Source: Patescibacteria group bacterium
GTDB taxonomy: Bacteria; Patescibacteriota; Patescibacteriia; 2-12-FULL-57-11
Assembly (NCBI GenBank): GCA_004297205.1
Contig: SCUL01000002.1
Coordinates: forward strand, 722,893-786,892
DNA: 64,000 bases
Direction of reading: 5' to 3'
Part shown: positions 19,261 through 30,600 of the stretch, piece by piece
Position numbering within the stretch: position 1 is the stretch's first letter
Layout of the letters: the number at the start of each line of letters is the position of its first letter
Translations under genes and position numbers: made by a program
Notes under the pieces: generated by a model
What the model was told of the DNA's origin: nothing
Database searches by the model: none
Seen by the model: only the letters and a program-made list of their open reading frames with translations

Positions 19261-20383
19261 ATGAAGGACTTGGTCGAACGCGCTGCTGCTCTTCAGGCGA
19301 AGATCGCCTCCGCATGGAGGTTACTTTGACCTGGAGAAACGAAAAACCGACATCGCCGCCCTCGAGGCGGACATGAACGCCCCCGGGTTCTGGCAGGACT
19401 CGGAACAGGCCCAGCGCGTTTCGGCCAAACACGCCGCGCTCGCCAAAGAGCTCGGCGCTTGGGATGCCTTGCGCCGCGAGACCGATGATCTCGCGGCGCT
19501 TGCCGTTGACGGGGATGAGTCGCTGCGCGAGGAGATCACGGCATCGCTTGCCGACGCCGAGAAGCGTTATGGGAAACTGGAATTCACGGTGTTGTTTTCC
19601 GGAAGCCACGATAGCGCCAACGTCATCATGGCCTTCCACGCCGGGACCGGCGGCACGGAGGCCATGGACTGGAGCGCCATGCTGCTGCGCATGGTCCTGC
19701 GTTATTGCGAGCGGAAAGGTTTCCGCGCCCGTATCATCGACGAGCACCGCGGCGCCGAAGCCGGCATCAAAAGCGCCACGGTCAGCATCGAAGGGCCCTA
19801 CGCCTACGGCACTCTCAAGAGCGAACATGGCGTGCACCGGCTGGTCCGCATTTCCCCGTTCGACGCCGAAAAGATGCGCCACACCTCCTTCGCGCTGATC
19901 GAAGTCATGCCCGAACTCGGCGACGTCGAGGAAGTGCCGATCGAGTCCAAGGACATCCGCGTCGATACCTACCTTTCGTCCGGCCATGGCGGCCAGAGCG
20001 TGCAGACGACGTATTCGGCGGTCCGCATCACCCATCTCCCGACCGGCATCGTCGTGACCTGCCAGAACGAGCGCAGCCAGCAGCAGAACCGGGAGACGGC
20101 CATGAAGATTCTGCGCGCCAAACTCGCGGCCCTGGCCGACCTGGAGCGCGAAAAGGAAAAGCAGGAGCTGCGCGGCGCCTACACGAGCGCCGAGTGGGGC
20201 AACCAGATCCGCTCCTACGTGCTGCAACCGTATCAGATGGTGAAAGACCACCGGACGGGCCATCAGACGTCGGATACCGACGGCGTGCTCGACGGCGATA
20301 TCGACGCCTTCATCGAGGCCTATCTGCGCTGGATCAAAGAAGGGCGGCCGAACCGGAAAACCGCAGCCAAAGACGAGTTGTAG
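19261..20383 (+). CDS. prfB: peptide chain release factor 2, requires programmed +1 frameshift at 19324-19330
   Basis: ORF1 (22 codons) ends at CTT TGA C (19324-19330) preceded by an SD-like GGAGG. The +1 frame continues DLEKRKTD...SPF...GGQ for 336 aa. Coding is join(19261..19326,19328..20383). Confidence 0.9.
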
Positions 20384-20424
20384 GGGCGCGGTTTTCGCGC
20401 CCTTCGTGATAGAATGCATCCGCT

Positions 20425-21354
20425 ATGAAGATTCTGGTCACCGGCGGCGCGGGATTCATCGGGTCGCATCTGGTGGACGCGCTCGTGGCACGCGGCCATC
20501 GCGTCACCGTGCTCGACAATTTGTCGACGGGTAACCGCGGCAACGTCCATTCCAAGGCGCGGTTCGTGCGTGCCGACGTGGCGAGCCCGGCAGCCGAACG
20601 GCTCGTGAAACGCCTGAAGCCGGACGTCATTTACCATCTCGCGGCCCAGAAGGACGTGCGGCTCTCCGTGAACGATCCGCTGGCCGACGCCCGCGTCAAC
20701 GTGCTCGGTCTGCTGACGCTGGTGCGCGGCGCCCTCGCCGCGGGCGGCGTGAAGCGCTTCATTTTCACCTCAACGGGCGGCGCCATTTACGGCGGTGCGG
20801 ACGTGCTGCCGACGCCCGAGGAATATCCGGCGCGGCCATTGTCGCCCTACGGCGCCTCGAAACTCGCCTCGGAACTCTACTTGTCTTCGTACCGGCTGAC
20901 GGGCCTGCTGCCGTTCGTCTCTTTGCGGCTCAGCAACGTCTACGGTCCGCGCCAGAGCCCGCAGTCCGAGGCCGGCGTCGTGGCCATCTGGACCGGCGCG
21001 CTCGCCGCGGGCAAGCGTCCCATCGTCTACGGTGACGGCAAGCAGACGCGGGATTTCGTCTACGTGTCCGACGTGGTGCGGGCGCTCCTGGCCGCATTGC
21101 GCAAAGGCGCCTACGGGACGTTCAATGTCGGCACCGGCGAGGAGACGTCCGTGAACACCCTGCTGCGCATGCTGCGCGCCGTGATGGGCAGCGATGTGAA
21201 ACCGGTGTACGCGCCGATGCGTTCCGGTGAGGAACGCCGCAGCGTGCTTGCCGTCGGTCGCGCCCGCCGCATGCTCGGTTGGAAGCCGCAGGTCTCGCTG
21301 GAGCGGGGGATCGCCAAGACGGTTGCCTGGCATGCGCGTGCTTCCGCTCGATAA
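20425..21354 (+). CDS. NAD-dependent epimerase/dehydratase (UDP-glucose 4-epimerase-like)
   Basis: MKILVTGGAGFIGSHLV Rossmann motif plus a YxxxK-type catalytic region. 309 aa. Confidence 0.85.
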   Translation: MKILVTGGAGFIGSHLVDALVARGHRVTVLDNLSTGNRGNVHSKARFVRADVASPAAERLVKRLKPDVIYHLAAQKDVRLSVNDPLADARVNVLGLLTLVRGALAAGGVKRFIFTSTGGAIYGGADVLPTPEEYPARPLSPYGASKLASELYLSSYRLTGLLPFVSLRLSNVYGPRQSPQSEAGVVAIWTGALAAGKRPIVYGDGKQTRDFVYVSDVVRALLAALRKGAYGTFNVGTGEETSVNTLLRMLRAVMGSDVKPVYAPMRSGEERRSVLAVGRARRMLGWKPQVSLERGIAKTVAWHARASAR

Positions 21355-21943
21355 GGCGCGGCGCGGCGCCTCGCTTGCCGCGGCCGTCCGCATCCTGAAG
21401 CGCGGCGGCGTGGTGGTCGTGCCCACCGAAACCTCCTACGGCCTGGCCGCCGACGCTCTTAACCCGCGCGCCGTGGCCCGGGTGCGCCGCCTCAAAGGCC
21501 GCGGCGACAAACCGATGGCGTTGATGGCTTCCTCCGCATCCATGGTCCGCTCTTTTTTCCACGTGGAAGCCCTTGCCGGGCGTCTGATGCGCCGTCACTG
21601 GCCGGGCCCGCTCACTCTGGTCCTCCCGGTCCGCAACCGACTGCTGTCCCGCGCCAAGTTGTCCCGCGACGGCGCCGTCGGCGTGCGGGTGCCGTCCGCC
21701 GCGCTGCCGCGCCTGCTGTCCCGCGCGTTGGGACGGCCCATCGTCGCCACGTCGGCGAACCGCTCCGGCGCGCCGGCCGCGCCCGGGCTTGCTGCATTCC
21801 TTCTGCAATTCCGTAACAAACGGCTGCCCGACGCGTTCCTCGATGCCGGCCGCCTCCCGGTCCGGCTGCCCTCGACGGTCGCCCGCATCATCGACGGCGG
21901 CATCCGCATCGTGCGTTCAGGATCCGTCATGCCCCGCGCCTAG
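21332..21943 (+). CDS. tsaC: L-threonylcarbamoyladenylate synthase TsaC/YrdC
   Basis: GGVVVVPTETSYGLAADALN and RLKGRGDKP are YrdC/Sua5 signatures. Start at ATG 21332 overlaps the epimerase stop by 23 nt; GTG 21338 is the alternative. Confidence 0.75.
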   Translation: MRVLPLDKARRGASLAAAVRILKRGGVVVVPTETSYGLAADALNPRAVARVRRLKGRGDKPMALMASSASMVRSFFHVEALAGRLMRRHWPGPLTLVLPVRNRLLSRAKLSRDGAVGVRVPSAALPRLLSRALGRPIVATSANRSGAPAAPGLAAFLLQFRNKRLPDAFLDAGRLPVRLPSTVARIIDGGIRIVRSGSVMPRA

Positions 21944-21945
21944 CT

Positions 21946-23121
21946 ATGCTCGACCGCTTCCGCCAATTCGCGGTGTCGCTGCTGGGCCTCGGCCGCAGCC
22001 AGCAGATGCGCGAACTGTACCTGTCCACGATCATCCTCCAGTTCGCCGCCTCGGCGATCGTGATTTTCGAGCCGATCTACCTGTGGTCGGCCGGCTTCTC
22101 CCTTCAGCGGATCATCCTGTTTTACGGGGCGATTTACGCCGTTTACTTCGCCATCCTGCCGCTCGGCGGCAAATTCGTGCGGGCCCGCGGCTACGAACAC
22201 GGCATCATGTATTCGACGCCGTTCTTGATCCTGTACTACCTTTCGCTGTTCGCCATCCCGTATTCTCCGGTTTTCATCGGCACGGCCGTCGTCTCGTACG
22301 CGCTCCAAAAAATGTTCTACTGGCCGGGCTACCACGCCGACTTCGCGCGTTTCGGCATTGCCCAGCAGACCGGACGCGAACTCTCGGTCCTGGTGATGCT
22401 CGCCTCGATCGCCGCGATCGCCGGACCCGCCGTCGGCGGCCTCGTGCTCGTGACGCTCGGCTATCCGGCGCTGTTCGTCCTGGTGTCGCTGCTCATCCTT
22501 CTTTCGAACGTACCGCTCTTGCTCACCCCGGAGGTGTTCACGCCGCGCGTGTTCTCTTATGAGGATGCCTGGAAACGTCTGTGGAAGCCGGAGAACCGGC
22601 GGAAACTCGTTTCTTACATGGGCTTCGGCGAGGAGTTCATCGTGATGATCATCTGGCCGCTCTTCATGTACACGGTGGTGAAGGAATACTTCAACCTGGG
22701 CGCGATCGTGTCCGTGGCCACGCTCGCCACTCTGCTCGTGGCCTTGGCCGTGGGCAGGCTGGCCGACACCGCGGGGCGCAAGCGGGTGCTCCGGCTCGGC
22801 GTCGTCTACACCATGCTGTCCTGGCTGATCCGCCTGGTCAGCGGGGGATTGGGCGGCGTCTTTCTGGCCGACACGTTGTACCGCAGCGCACGCACCGCGA
22901 TCGGCATTCCCTTGATCGCGAGCACCTATGACGGCGCCCGACGGTATTCCGTCACCAAAACCGCAGTCTTCCTGGAGGCGTCGGTGGTTGCCGGGAAGCT
23001 GCTGGCCGCGGTGCTCTGCCTGATCATCGTGACGTTTTTTGCGCCGGGCTGGGAGCTGATGTTCCTGCTGGCCGCCGCCTTCACCCTGCTCTACGGCTTC
23101 TATGAACCGGAGCGTGCGTGA
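21946..23121 (+). CDS. MFS transporter
   Basis: 391 aa with about 12 TM and an MFS-like loop GRLADTAGRKRVL between TM pairs. Confidence 0.7.
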   Translation: MLDRFRQFAVSLLGLGRSQQMRELYLSTIILQFAASAIVIFEPIYLWSAGFSLQRIILFYGAIYAVYFAILPLGGKFVRARGYEHGIMYSTPFLILYYLSLFAIPYSPVFIGTAVVSYALQKMFYWPGYHADFARFGIAQQTGRELSVLVMLASIAAIAGPAVGGLVLVTLGYPALFVLVSLLILLSNVPLLLTPEVFTPRVFSYEDAWKRLWKPENRRKLVSYMGFGEEFIVMIIWPLFMYTVVKEYFNLGAIVSVATLATLLVALAVGRLADTAGRKRVLRLGVVYTMLSWLIRLVSGGLGGVFLADTLYRSARTAIGIPLIASTYDGARRYSVTKTAVFLEASVVAGKLLAAVLCLIIVTFFAPGWELMFLLAAAFTLLYGFYEPERA

Positions 23122-23923
23122 GGAGACGGCGGCGCTGCTCGCCGCGCACGGCCTGCCGCTTTCGAAGTTGCGCGGACAGCACCTGCTGGTCGACGCGGCG
23201 CATCTTGCGCGCATCGTTGCGGCGGCCCGCCTGGGACGTGCTGACGCGGTGCTCGAGATCGGTCCGGGCACGGGCGTGCTGACGGAGAGGCTGCTCGCGA
23301 CCGGCGCGCGCGTCACGGCCGTCGAACTCGATCAGCGCATGGCGCACCTGCTCGCCGCGCGCTTCAGCGGCGAGCCGCGCTTCACGCTCGTGGTCGGTGA
23401 CGCGTTGCGGGAAGTGCCGCGCTTGTCGCTGCCGGCGGGCTACGCCGTCGTCGCCAACCTGCCGTACCAGATCACGACGCCGCTCCTCTGGGAGCTGGTC
23501 GGTCCGGATCGGCCGGCTGCCGCGCTGCCCACGGCCGTGACCGTGCTCGTACAGAAGGAAGTCGCCGACCGCATGTTGGCCCGGCCGCCGCGTCTGAACC
23601 TGCTGGCGCTGCTCATGCAGACCTATGGGGCAGGGGAGCGCATCGCCGTGGTGCCGCCCGGCGCGTTCCTGCCGCCGCCCAAAGTCACCTCGGCCTCCGT
23701 CCGGTTCGTGGCCGCGCCGGTCAAAGGCCGCGACCGCCTCCTTTCCCTGGCCCGGGCCGGTTTTTCCGCCCCGCGCCGCCTTCTGGCCGGGAATCTGGCC
23801 GCTGCCGGCATCGCCGACCGGGCTGCCGTCGAGGCCGCATTGACTGCGGCCGGACTGCCGGAAGACGTCCGGGCCGAGCGGCTTTCCCTGACCGATTGGC
23901 AAAGGGTCGCCGCCGCTTTATAA
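23102..23923 (+). CDS. rsmA: 16S rRNA (adenine1518/1519-N6)-dimethyltransferase RsmA/KsgA
   Basis: LRGQHLLVD, EIGPGTGVLT (SAM motif) and NLPYQITTP (the NLPY catalytic motif). Confidence 0.85.
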   Translation: MNRSVREETAALLAAHGLPLSKLRGQHLLVDAAHLARIVAAARLGRADAVLEIGPGTGVLTERLLATGARVTAVELDQRMAHLLAARFSGEPRFTLVVGDALREVPRLSLPAGYAVVANLPYQITTPLLWELVGPDRPAAALPTAVTVLVQKEVADRMLARPPRLNLLALLMQTYGAGERIAVVPPGAFLPPPKVTSASVRFVAAPVKGRDRLLSLARAGFSAPRRLLAGNLAAAGIADRAAVEAALTAAGLPEDVRAERLSLTDWQRVAAAL

Positions 23924-23945
23924 TGAAGGCACGTTTGGTGAAACG

Positions 23946-24596
23946 GTGGCTCTTCGTATGCAAACGGACCATGCGCCCTGGGCGGAAGAACATCGGACCG
24001 TGCTCGTGGGCCTCTTGCTCATCACGGTCGTGCTGTTCGTGCTCGGTGCGGCGCAGATCGTCCGTACCATCCGCGCTCCGTTCACCGCGCCGACCGGCGC
24101 CTACAAGACGACCGAACAGCTCCGGCAGGAAGAGGTCGCCGCGCTCAAAGCGCGCGACACGGACGGCGACGGCTTGTCCGACTACGACGAGCTGAACATC
24201 TACCTGACGAGTCCCTACCTTGAGGACACCGACTCGGACGGCGTTTCGGACGGAGACGAAGTGCGCGCCGGCGAGGATCCCAACTGCCCGCGCGGGCAGA
24301 ACTGCGGACCGGGTGCCAGCCAGGTCGGTCCCCGCGGCGCATCGCCGCAGGACCTGACATCGGCGCCGGGCAGCCGTCCGGGCGCGAACTCGCCGCTCTC
24401 CGGCAGCACCTTCGTCGGCCTCACGCCGGAGAACCTGGAGACGCTCGACGCGACGCAAGTCCGTTCGCTCCTGCGCGGCGCCGGCGTCCCGGAAGACGTG
24501 CTGAGCCAGTTCACCGATGAAGAGATCATGGCGCTGTTCCGGGAGACGCTCGCCAAAGAAGATCCGCTCGGCGCCGCCAGTTCGACGCCGCAGTAA
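23946..24596 (+). CDS. membrane-anchored protein with thrombospondin-type-3-like Ca-binding repeats
   Basis: N-terminal TM (VLVGLLLITVVLFVLGAA), then DTDGDGLSDYDE and DTDSDGVSDGDE (DxDxDGxxDxxE). GTG start at 23946 or ATG at 23958. The giant gene follows 15 nt downstream. Confidence 0.5.
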   Translation: MALRMQTDHAPWAEEHRTVLVGLLLITVVLFVLGAAQIVRTIRAPFTAPTGAYKTTEQLRQEEVAALKARDTDGDGLSDYDELNIYLTSPYLEDTDSDGVSDGDEVRAGEDPNCPRGQNCGPGASQVGPRGASPQDLTSAPGSRPGANSPLSGSTFVGLTPENLETLDATQVRSLLRGAGVPEDVLSQFTDEEIMALFRETLAKEDPLGAASSTPQ

Positions 24597-24611
24597 CCCG
24601 CCGCCCAGGCC

Positions 24612-27600
24612 ATGAAAGCGCGCGCGCGAAAAACATCGGCCGCCGTCCTGCTCTCGCTGACGCTCTTCGTCGGCGGGCTTGGCATAGCCGCGCCGCGGCC
24701 GGCGCACGCACAGCTCGCCGTCATCGACCCCGTGACCGGAGCCAACACCACGATCCGCAACTTCGAGGATTTCCTGGACAAGGTGCTCCTCGGCGGCGTG
24801 ACGATGGGCTTCATCAACGCCCTCAACTACTTTGCCCAAAAGATCGCCTACGATGCCGCGGTCTTCATCTCCGCCGGCGGCAAGGGGGAAGGGCCGCTCT
24901 TTCAATACAAGGACTTCGGTTCGTATCTGGGCGACGTGGCGCTCGGCGCCGCGGGCGAGGCCATCGGCACGTTCTCGGAAATCGGTTTTCTGGGTTTCAA
25001 TCTTTGCGAACCGGCCGGTCCGGACGCGCCGCGCATCAGTCTCGCCCTCCAGCTCGGCATCGCCTCGCAGTACGAGGCGCCGGAGCCGCGCTGCGAATGG
25101 AGCCGCATCAGCGAATCCTGGGACCAGTTCACGACGAGTTTCGAAACCGGCGAAGTGCTGCGCAACATCCAGCTGTCCGTCGGTCCGGGTCAGACCGGGC
25201 TGCACGGCCTTTTTCAGGCGCCGCTCAAGGTTGCGGAAAAAGTCAGCTCCGAAAAGCTGACCGGGGAGCTGGAACGCGAGGAGGGCCAAGGGTTCAAGTC
25301 GCTGACCGACGTCGTGACCGGCCGGCAGAAGACGCCGGCGGCGGTGGTCCGTGAAACGGCACTCGAGCAGACCGCCCGTTCGCCCGGCCAGCAGCAACAG
25401 TCCACGGCCTCGGTCATCGGTCCGGTGCTCTCCCAAGGCGTCCTCCAGGTGCTCTCGGTCGCCCTGGGTACCTTCGTGAACACGCTGGCCTCCCAGCTGC
25501 TGAACCGCGCCTTTGAAGAGGGAAGCTTCGACGTCACCGGCTTTGACCTGGCCTGCGCTTTCCGCGACGCCGTGCCGGGCTCGGCCGACGCGCTCTCCGG
25601 CCTGAACTGTCCGCCGGATCCGTCCGATCCCGAAGCGGTCACTCGCGGCGGCAAAGCCGCGGCGCGCGCCGCCTATTCGAGCTTGCTGGCGCCGCGCGTG
25701 CAGGAAGTCAACAGTTTTGACGCCGTGGCCGAGTTCACCGTCTGTCCGGATTCGTTCCGCGGTCCGCAGAACTGCGCCATGGATCCGGGATTCGCCGCCG
25801 GGGTCCGCGTCGCACTCCAGGGCGAGGCCATCACGATCCGCGACGCCCTGCAGCAGGGGTACTTGCATGCCGACTGGCCGCTCGTGCCGCCGACCGGCGA
25901 CGGGGCCTCGCGCAACGCCGATCCGTTCTGCTTCAACAACGGGTACTGCTACTCCAACTTGGTGAAGCTGCGCAAGGCGCGCATCATTCCGATCGGTTTC
26001 GAACTCGCCGCCGAAAAAGCGCTGCCGGACACGACGCTCGGCAAGGTGGTCGACGCATTCGACGATTGCAGCGGCGTGGACGGGCAGTTCTGCAAGCTGA
26101 TCGATCCGGACTGGCTCCTGAAATATCCGCTCACCCAGTGTCGCGCCAAAGTGTTCGGGCCGACGCTTTTGGCCGGCGACTCGGACATCCGCGGCGAAAC
26201 CTGCGTCGATGCGCCGACCTGCATCGCGGAGAACGCGGACGGCACGTGCGGCGCAGGCTTCGGCTACTGCACGCGGGAAAAGAACATCTGGCGGTTGGGC
26301 GGCGATGCCTGTCCCGCGCAATATGCCTCCTGCCAGGCCTACGCGGGGCCGGAGGGCCGCAACCTGTCCGTCCTGAAGAACGCGGTGGACAAGGCCATCT
26401 GCTCGTTCGAGAACGCCGGCTGCAACTGGTACGCCACGGAGCAGGATCCGGCGGACGGCCCGGGCGACTGGACGTATCAGCAGGGGCGCCTCTTCCTCGA
26501 CCGCGACGGCGGCACGTGCGAAGAGGAGCACGCCGGCTGCAGCGAATTCGTCGTCCGCGCCGGGCTGCAGGCCAACCTCGTCCGCAACCCGAGCTTTGAG
26601 TTGAACAATCAGACGGCGACCCGGCCCGACTTCTGGGAAGGCGTGCCGACCAGCTACGTGCGTGACATCGCGGCTGCGGACGGCACCGCGGCGGTCTCCA
26701 GCCTGACCGACGTCGCCCAGAGCATCGGCGTCGATCAGGGCGAAGCCTATGCGCTTTCGGCCACGGCCCGCCGCGCCACCGGCGCCGCAGGCGGCCGCGC
26801 GCTCGTCCGTCTGACCGTGACCGATGCCGCCGGCACTGCGCTTGGATTCGCGGCCGGAGATTCGACCTGCGCCATCAGCGGACCGGGCGGCACCGTGCTG
26901 ACGCTCACCGTCACGGCGGATACCGACGGCGCCTTCAGTCGCGATGCCTGTGCGTTCACCGTGCCATTCGGCGGCCAGGTCGTGCGTCTGACGGCCCGGA
27001 CCGAGGGCGGCGCGCTAGCCGACGCCATCCAGCTGGAATACGGCGCCACGGCGACCACCTTCCGTGGCAATACCTACCAAGGGGAGCAGCGCACCTACCT
27101 CAAACAGCCGCCGTCCTGGCTGGGCTGCACCGGCGAACTCAGCGATCCGCCGGAGTGCGACCAGTACGCCGGCGTCTGCCGGCCGGATGAAGTGGGCTGC
27201 GACGCCTACACGCCCGCTACCGGCGGCCTTTCGGTGCCGGGCATCGTCAGCCAGGAGAACCGCTGCGACGCGGCCTGCGCCGGCTACGCCACCTATAAAG
27301 AAGAAGCGTCGCCGCTGTCCTACGCCCGCTACCCGGTGCACCTCATTCCGACGCGCGGCCAGACCTGCTCCTTGGCCGCCGCGGGCTGCACGGAATTCAC
27401 CAATCTGGATGCCGCCGCCGCGGGCGGGGAAGCGCGCGAGTACTACGCCACGCTCCGAACCTGTGAAAAGCCGCGCCCGGGCGAAGTCGTGCCCGTGTAC
27501 TACACCTGGGAAGGCTCGGACACGACCGGCTTCCAGCTTAAGGAATGGCAGCTCAAGGCCGAAGTCGCTGCCGCGCCCGGCGGCGGACGTCCGCCGGCCT

Positions 27601-30600
27601 TGATCCGCGGCACGGATCCGGCCGGCTGTACGCGCGCCATCTACCTCGCCGGATCGAATCCCGACTGCCGCGAGTTCTTCGACGTCGCCGGCAACATTTC
27701 CTACCGTCTCTACTCCAAGACCATCGTCATTTCGCCGGACTGCCGCCCGCTGCGCATGACGGCGCTGCCGGTCGACGAGTCGGCAACGGCCGTCACCTGC
27801 GGCCTGCTCGGCGGACGGTTCGTGGACGGCTCCTGCAGCATTTGCGAAGGGCTGGGCGGCACCTGGAATGACCCGTCCGGCACGGACCTCGGCTGCACGT
27901 TTAACGCCTTTGCGCCGGAGTCGCGTTCTTGCACCGCCGCGGAATCGGGTTGCCGCCTGTACACCGGCAACGCCGGCGGGAACGTCCGCCGCGAGGGCTT
28001 CTGGGATTTCGAGAGCGGCGACCGCGAGGGTTGGGGGCCGTCGGACGCCACGACCGCCGTCTCCACGGAATCAACCGCCGTCGGCGGCCACTCCATCCGC
28101 GTCAATGCCGGCGGCACCCTGAGCCGCCCGGCGCCGGCCGCTGCCGCGAACAACACCTACTACCTGACGTTCTGGGGCAAGGGCCGCGGCGCCATCACCG
28201 CGCGTTTCTCCGGCGCACCGGCCGACCGCTCCTTCACGACCGGCGGGATCACGCTCGGCGCCACCTGGAACCGTTACTCGCTCGGGCCGGTCGTCGTCGA
28301 CTGGACGCCGGCCGCGGACGAGACGCTCGTCCTGACCGGTTTCAGCGACGTTTCCTTCGTCGACCGCATCGAGCTGACCCGCGTCGCGTCCAACATCGGC
28401 CTGGTCAAAGATTCTTGGACCATCCCCGCCATCTGCGATCAGAACGCCTCCGGCGCCTTCCTGCCGCAGGCCCAGCTCGGCTGCACCCAATACCGCGCAG
28501 CGCGCTCCGGCAACACGGAATATCTGACCGGCTTCTCCTCGCTCTGCCGGGAGAAGGCCGTGGGCTGCACCGCGTATGTCGCCACGCAGCAGTCGCCCTC
28601 GCCGGGCCGCGAAAGCTGGAACGCGCTGTGCGTGCTGCCGACGGCGGCCGCGGCGCCCACCCCCTGCAGCATCGACGGCCGCGAGGTTTGCACGGTCGGC
28701 GTCAACCGCCGTTCCTGCCGCTACCAGGCCGACGATCTGCCGTCGCCCGTGACCTTCGATATGTCCGCGGCCGGTGTCTGCCAGGTGGACGGCATCGTCA
28801 TCGTGGATGGCACCGGCACGCCGGTGCGCCGCGGCACCCCGGGGGAGTGCACCGGCCAGCCGCAGGACCTGGTGGTCGTGCCGGCCGACAAGAGCGTCTA
28901 TCTCGTCGATGACGAGAACAACCGGTGCGAACCGGAATTTGCCGGCTGCGCGCTGGTGGGCCGCTCCGACGGCCGCACCTGCACGCTCGCATCCGCCTGC
29001 ACCCCGGCCGCCGGCCGCGATACCTGCGACTGCTTGCAGGGCGGCGAGCTCCTGTGCCGGGTGAAAGCGGGGGAGACGGCCTGCCGCGCGCCGCTGCCGT
29101 TCCGCGAGCCGTTCGCTTCGACGACGCAGATCAGCTACGCCGAGACCACGGTCCTGAACGACCCCAAGCGCTACGACCAATCGCTTTGCTCGATCGAGGC
29201 GGTGGGCTGCCAGGAGTGGACCGAGATCGGCCCGACCACGGGCAAGGCCTACTTCAAGGATCCGGAAACGCGCACCTGCGAATACCGCGAGGACGTCCCG
29301 GACGGCAGCGGCCGCTCGCTCGACGGTTGGTACCGCACCGGCACGGACATTGCGTGCGACTCTACGCTGCTCGTCTCCGGCGAGACCTTCGGTATCTGGA
29401 AGAACGGCGACGAACAGTATCAGGGTTTCGTCGGCCAGTGCCCGGCCAGCTTCTCGACGTGTTCCGAGTTCCTCGATCCGGCGGACCGCGACACGCGCGC
29501 CCCGCTCGGACGGCCCTACTATTTCCTCAAGAACCAGAAAATCGACACGGCCAGCTGCCGCGGCCAGGTCAACCCGCTGAACGGCTGCGTGCTGTTCAAC
29601 GACACCACCGACCCGAACGTCACGGCCAACACGCTGGTCACGAACTCCGTCAGCGCCGAACGCGGCAACGCCTCGGTTGCGCCGGCGACCTGTCCGGGCC
29701 CGGGCTGCAGCCAGTGCATGTACCGGCGCTATGTCGGCCGCGTCGGTTCCGAGTTTGATGAGCTGTTCGAACGGACGGACGGCCAGGTTTGTGGCACGGT
29801 CAGCGACTGCACCGGCGCCCGCGACGACGAGGAGGCGACCTGCGTCACGGGAACCGGCGGCAACGCGGACTGTCCTGCTGGCGCGGCCTGCGCGGCGTAT
29901 TTCGTCAACGACCCGCGCGTCCATTTCATCGACGCATTCGGTTCCGAACACCCCACGGTCGACTCCTTCCTGGGCACCTTGGGGGTGCGGGGCAACGACG
30001 CCAACGTCGTTCTGAATGTCAGCCGCGACCGCGTCTGCGGCGAGTGGCTGGCCTGCCAGAGCTCGACGCCGGTCTGGGACCCGACGCGCAACCGTTTCAT
30101 CGAAATCTGCGATGCCATCGGCCGGTGCAACGAGTACCAGAAGAACGGCGACAGCACGGTCTGCGTCTCCTGGGTCAACCGTGAGCCGGAAATCCTGACC
30201 GAGGACACGTACACGCAGCGCAACGTGAGCTATGCGGGCCAGGATTACTCCGGTTACTCCATACCGCACCTCTTCGACGTCGAATCGCTGCGCCAGGTTC
30301 CGGTCGGCCGCTTCTGCACCGGAGACACCAGCCGTTCCTGCTCGAGCAACACTGACTGCGAATCGCCGGCCGCCGGCATCTGCAACCCGACGCCGGAGTT
30401 CCGCCTGTCTCGCGTCATCGGCAGCTGCCCCGTCACCGCAGAAGAGGGATCGACCTGCACCAACCCCGACTTCCCGGAGCGTGGCCAGGGCCGCTGCTGG
30501 CAGGGGACCTGCGCCCAGGCGCCGAACGGCAGTCCGGTGGAAACGGAAACGCTGCGTCGCGACGAACCGCAGCCGCTGCAGGCCTTCGGCGAGGCGCAAA

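Noticed and set aside
23721-26531. 936-aa minus-strand ORF, plus 28071-30599 and 32259-33392 minus ORFs
   Set aside because: All are antisense to the 3038-aa secreted-protein gene, which has a signal peptide and coherent composition. Stop-codon paucity in GC-rich DNA explains them.
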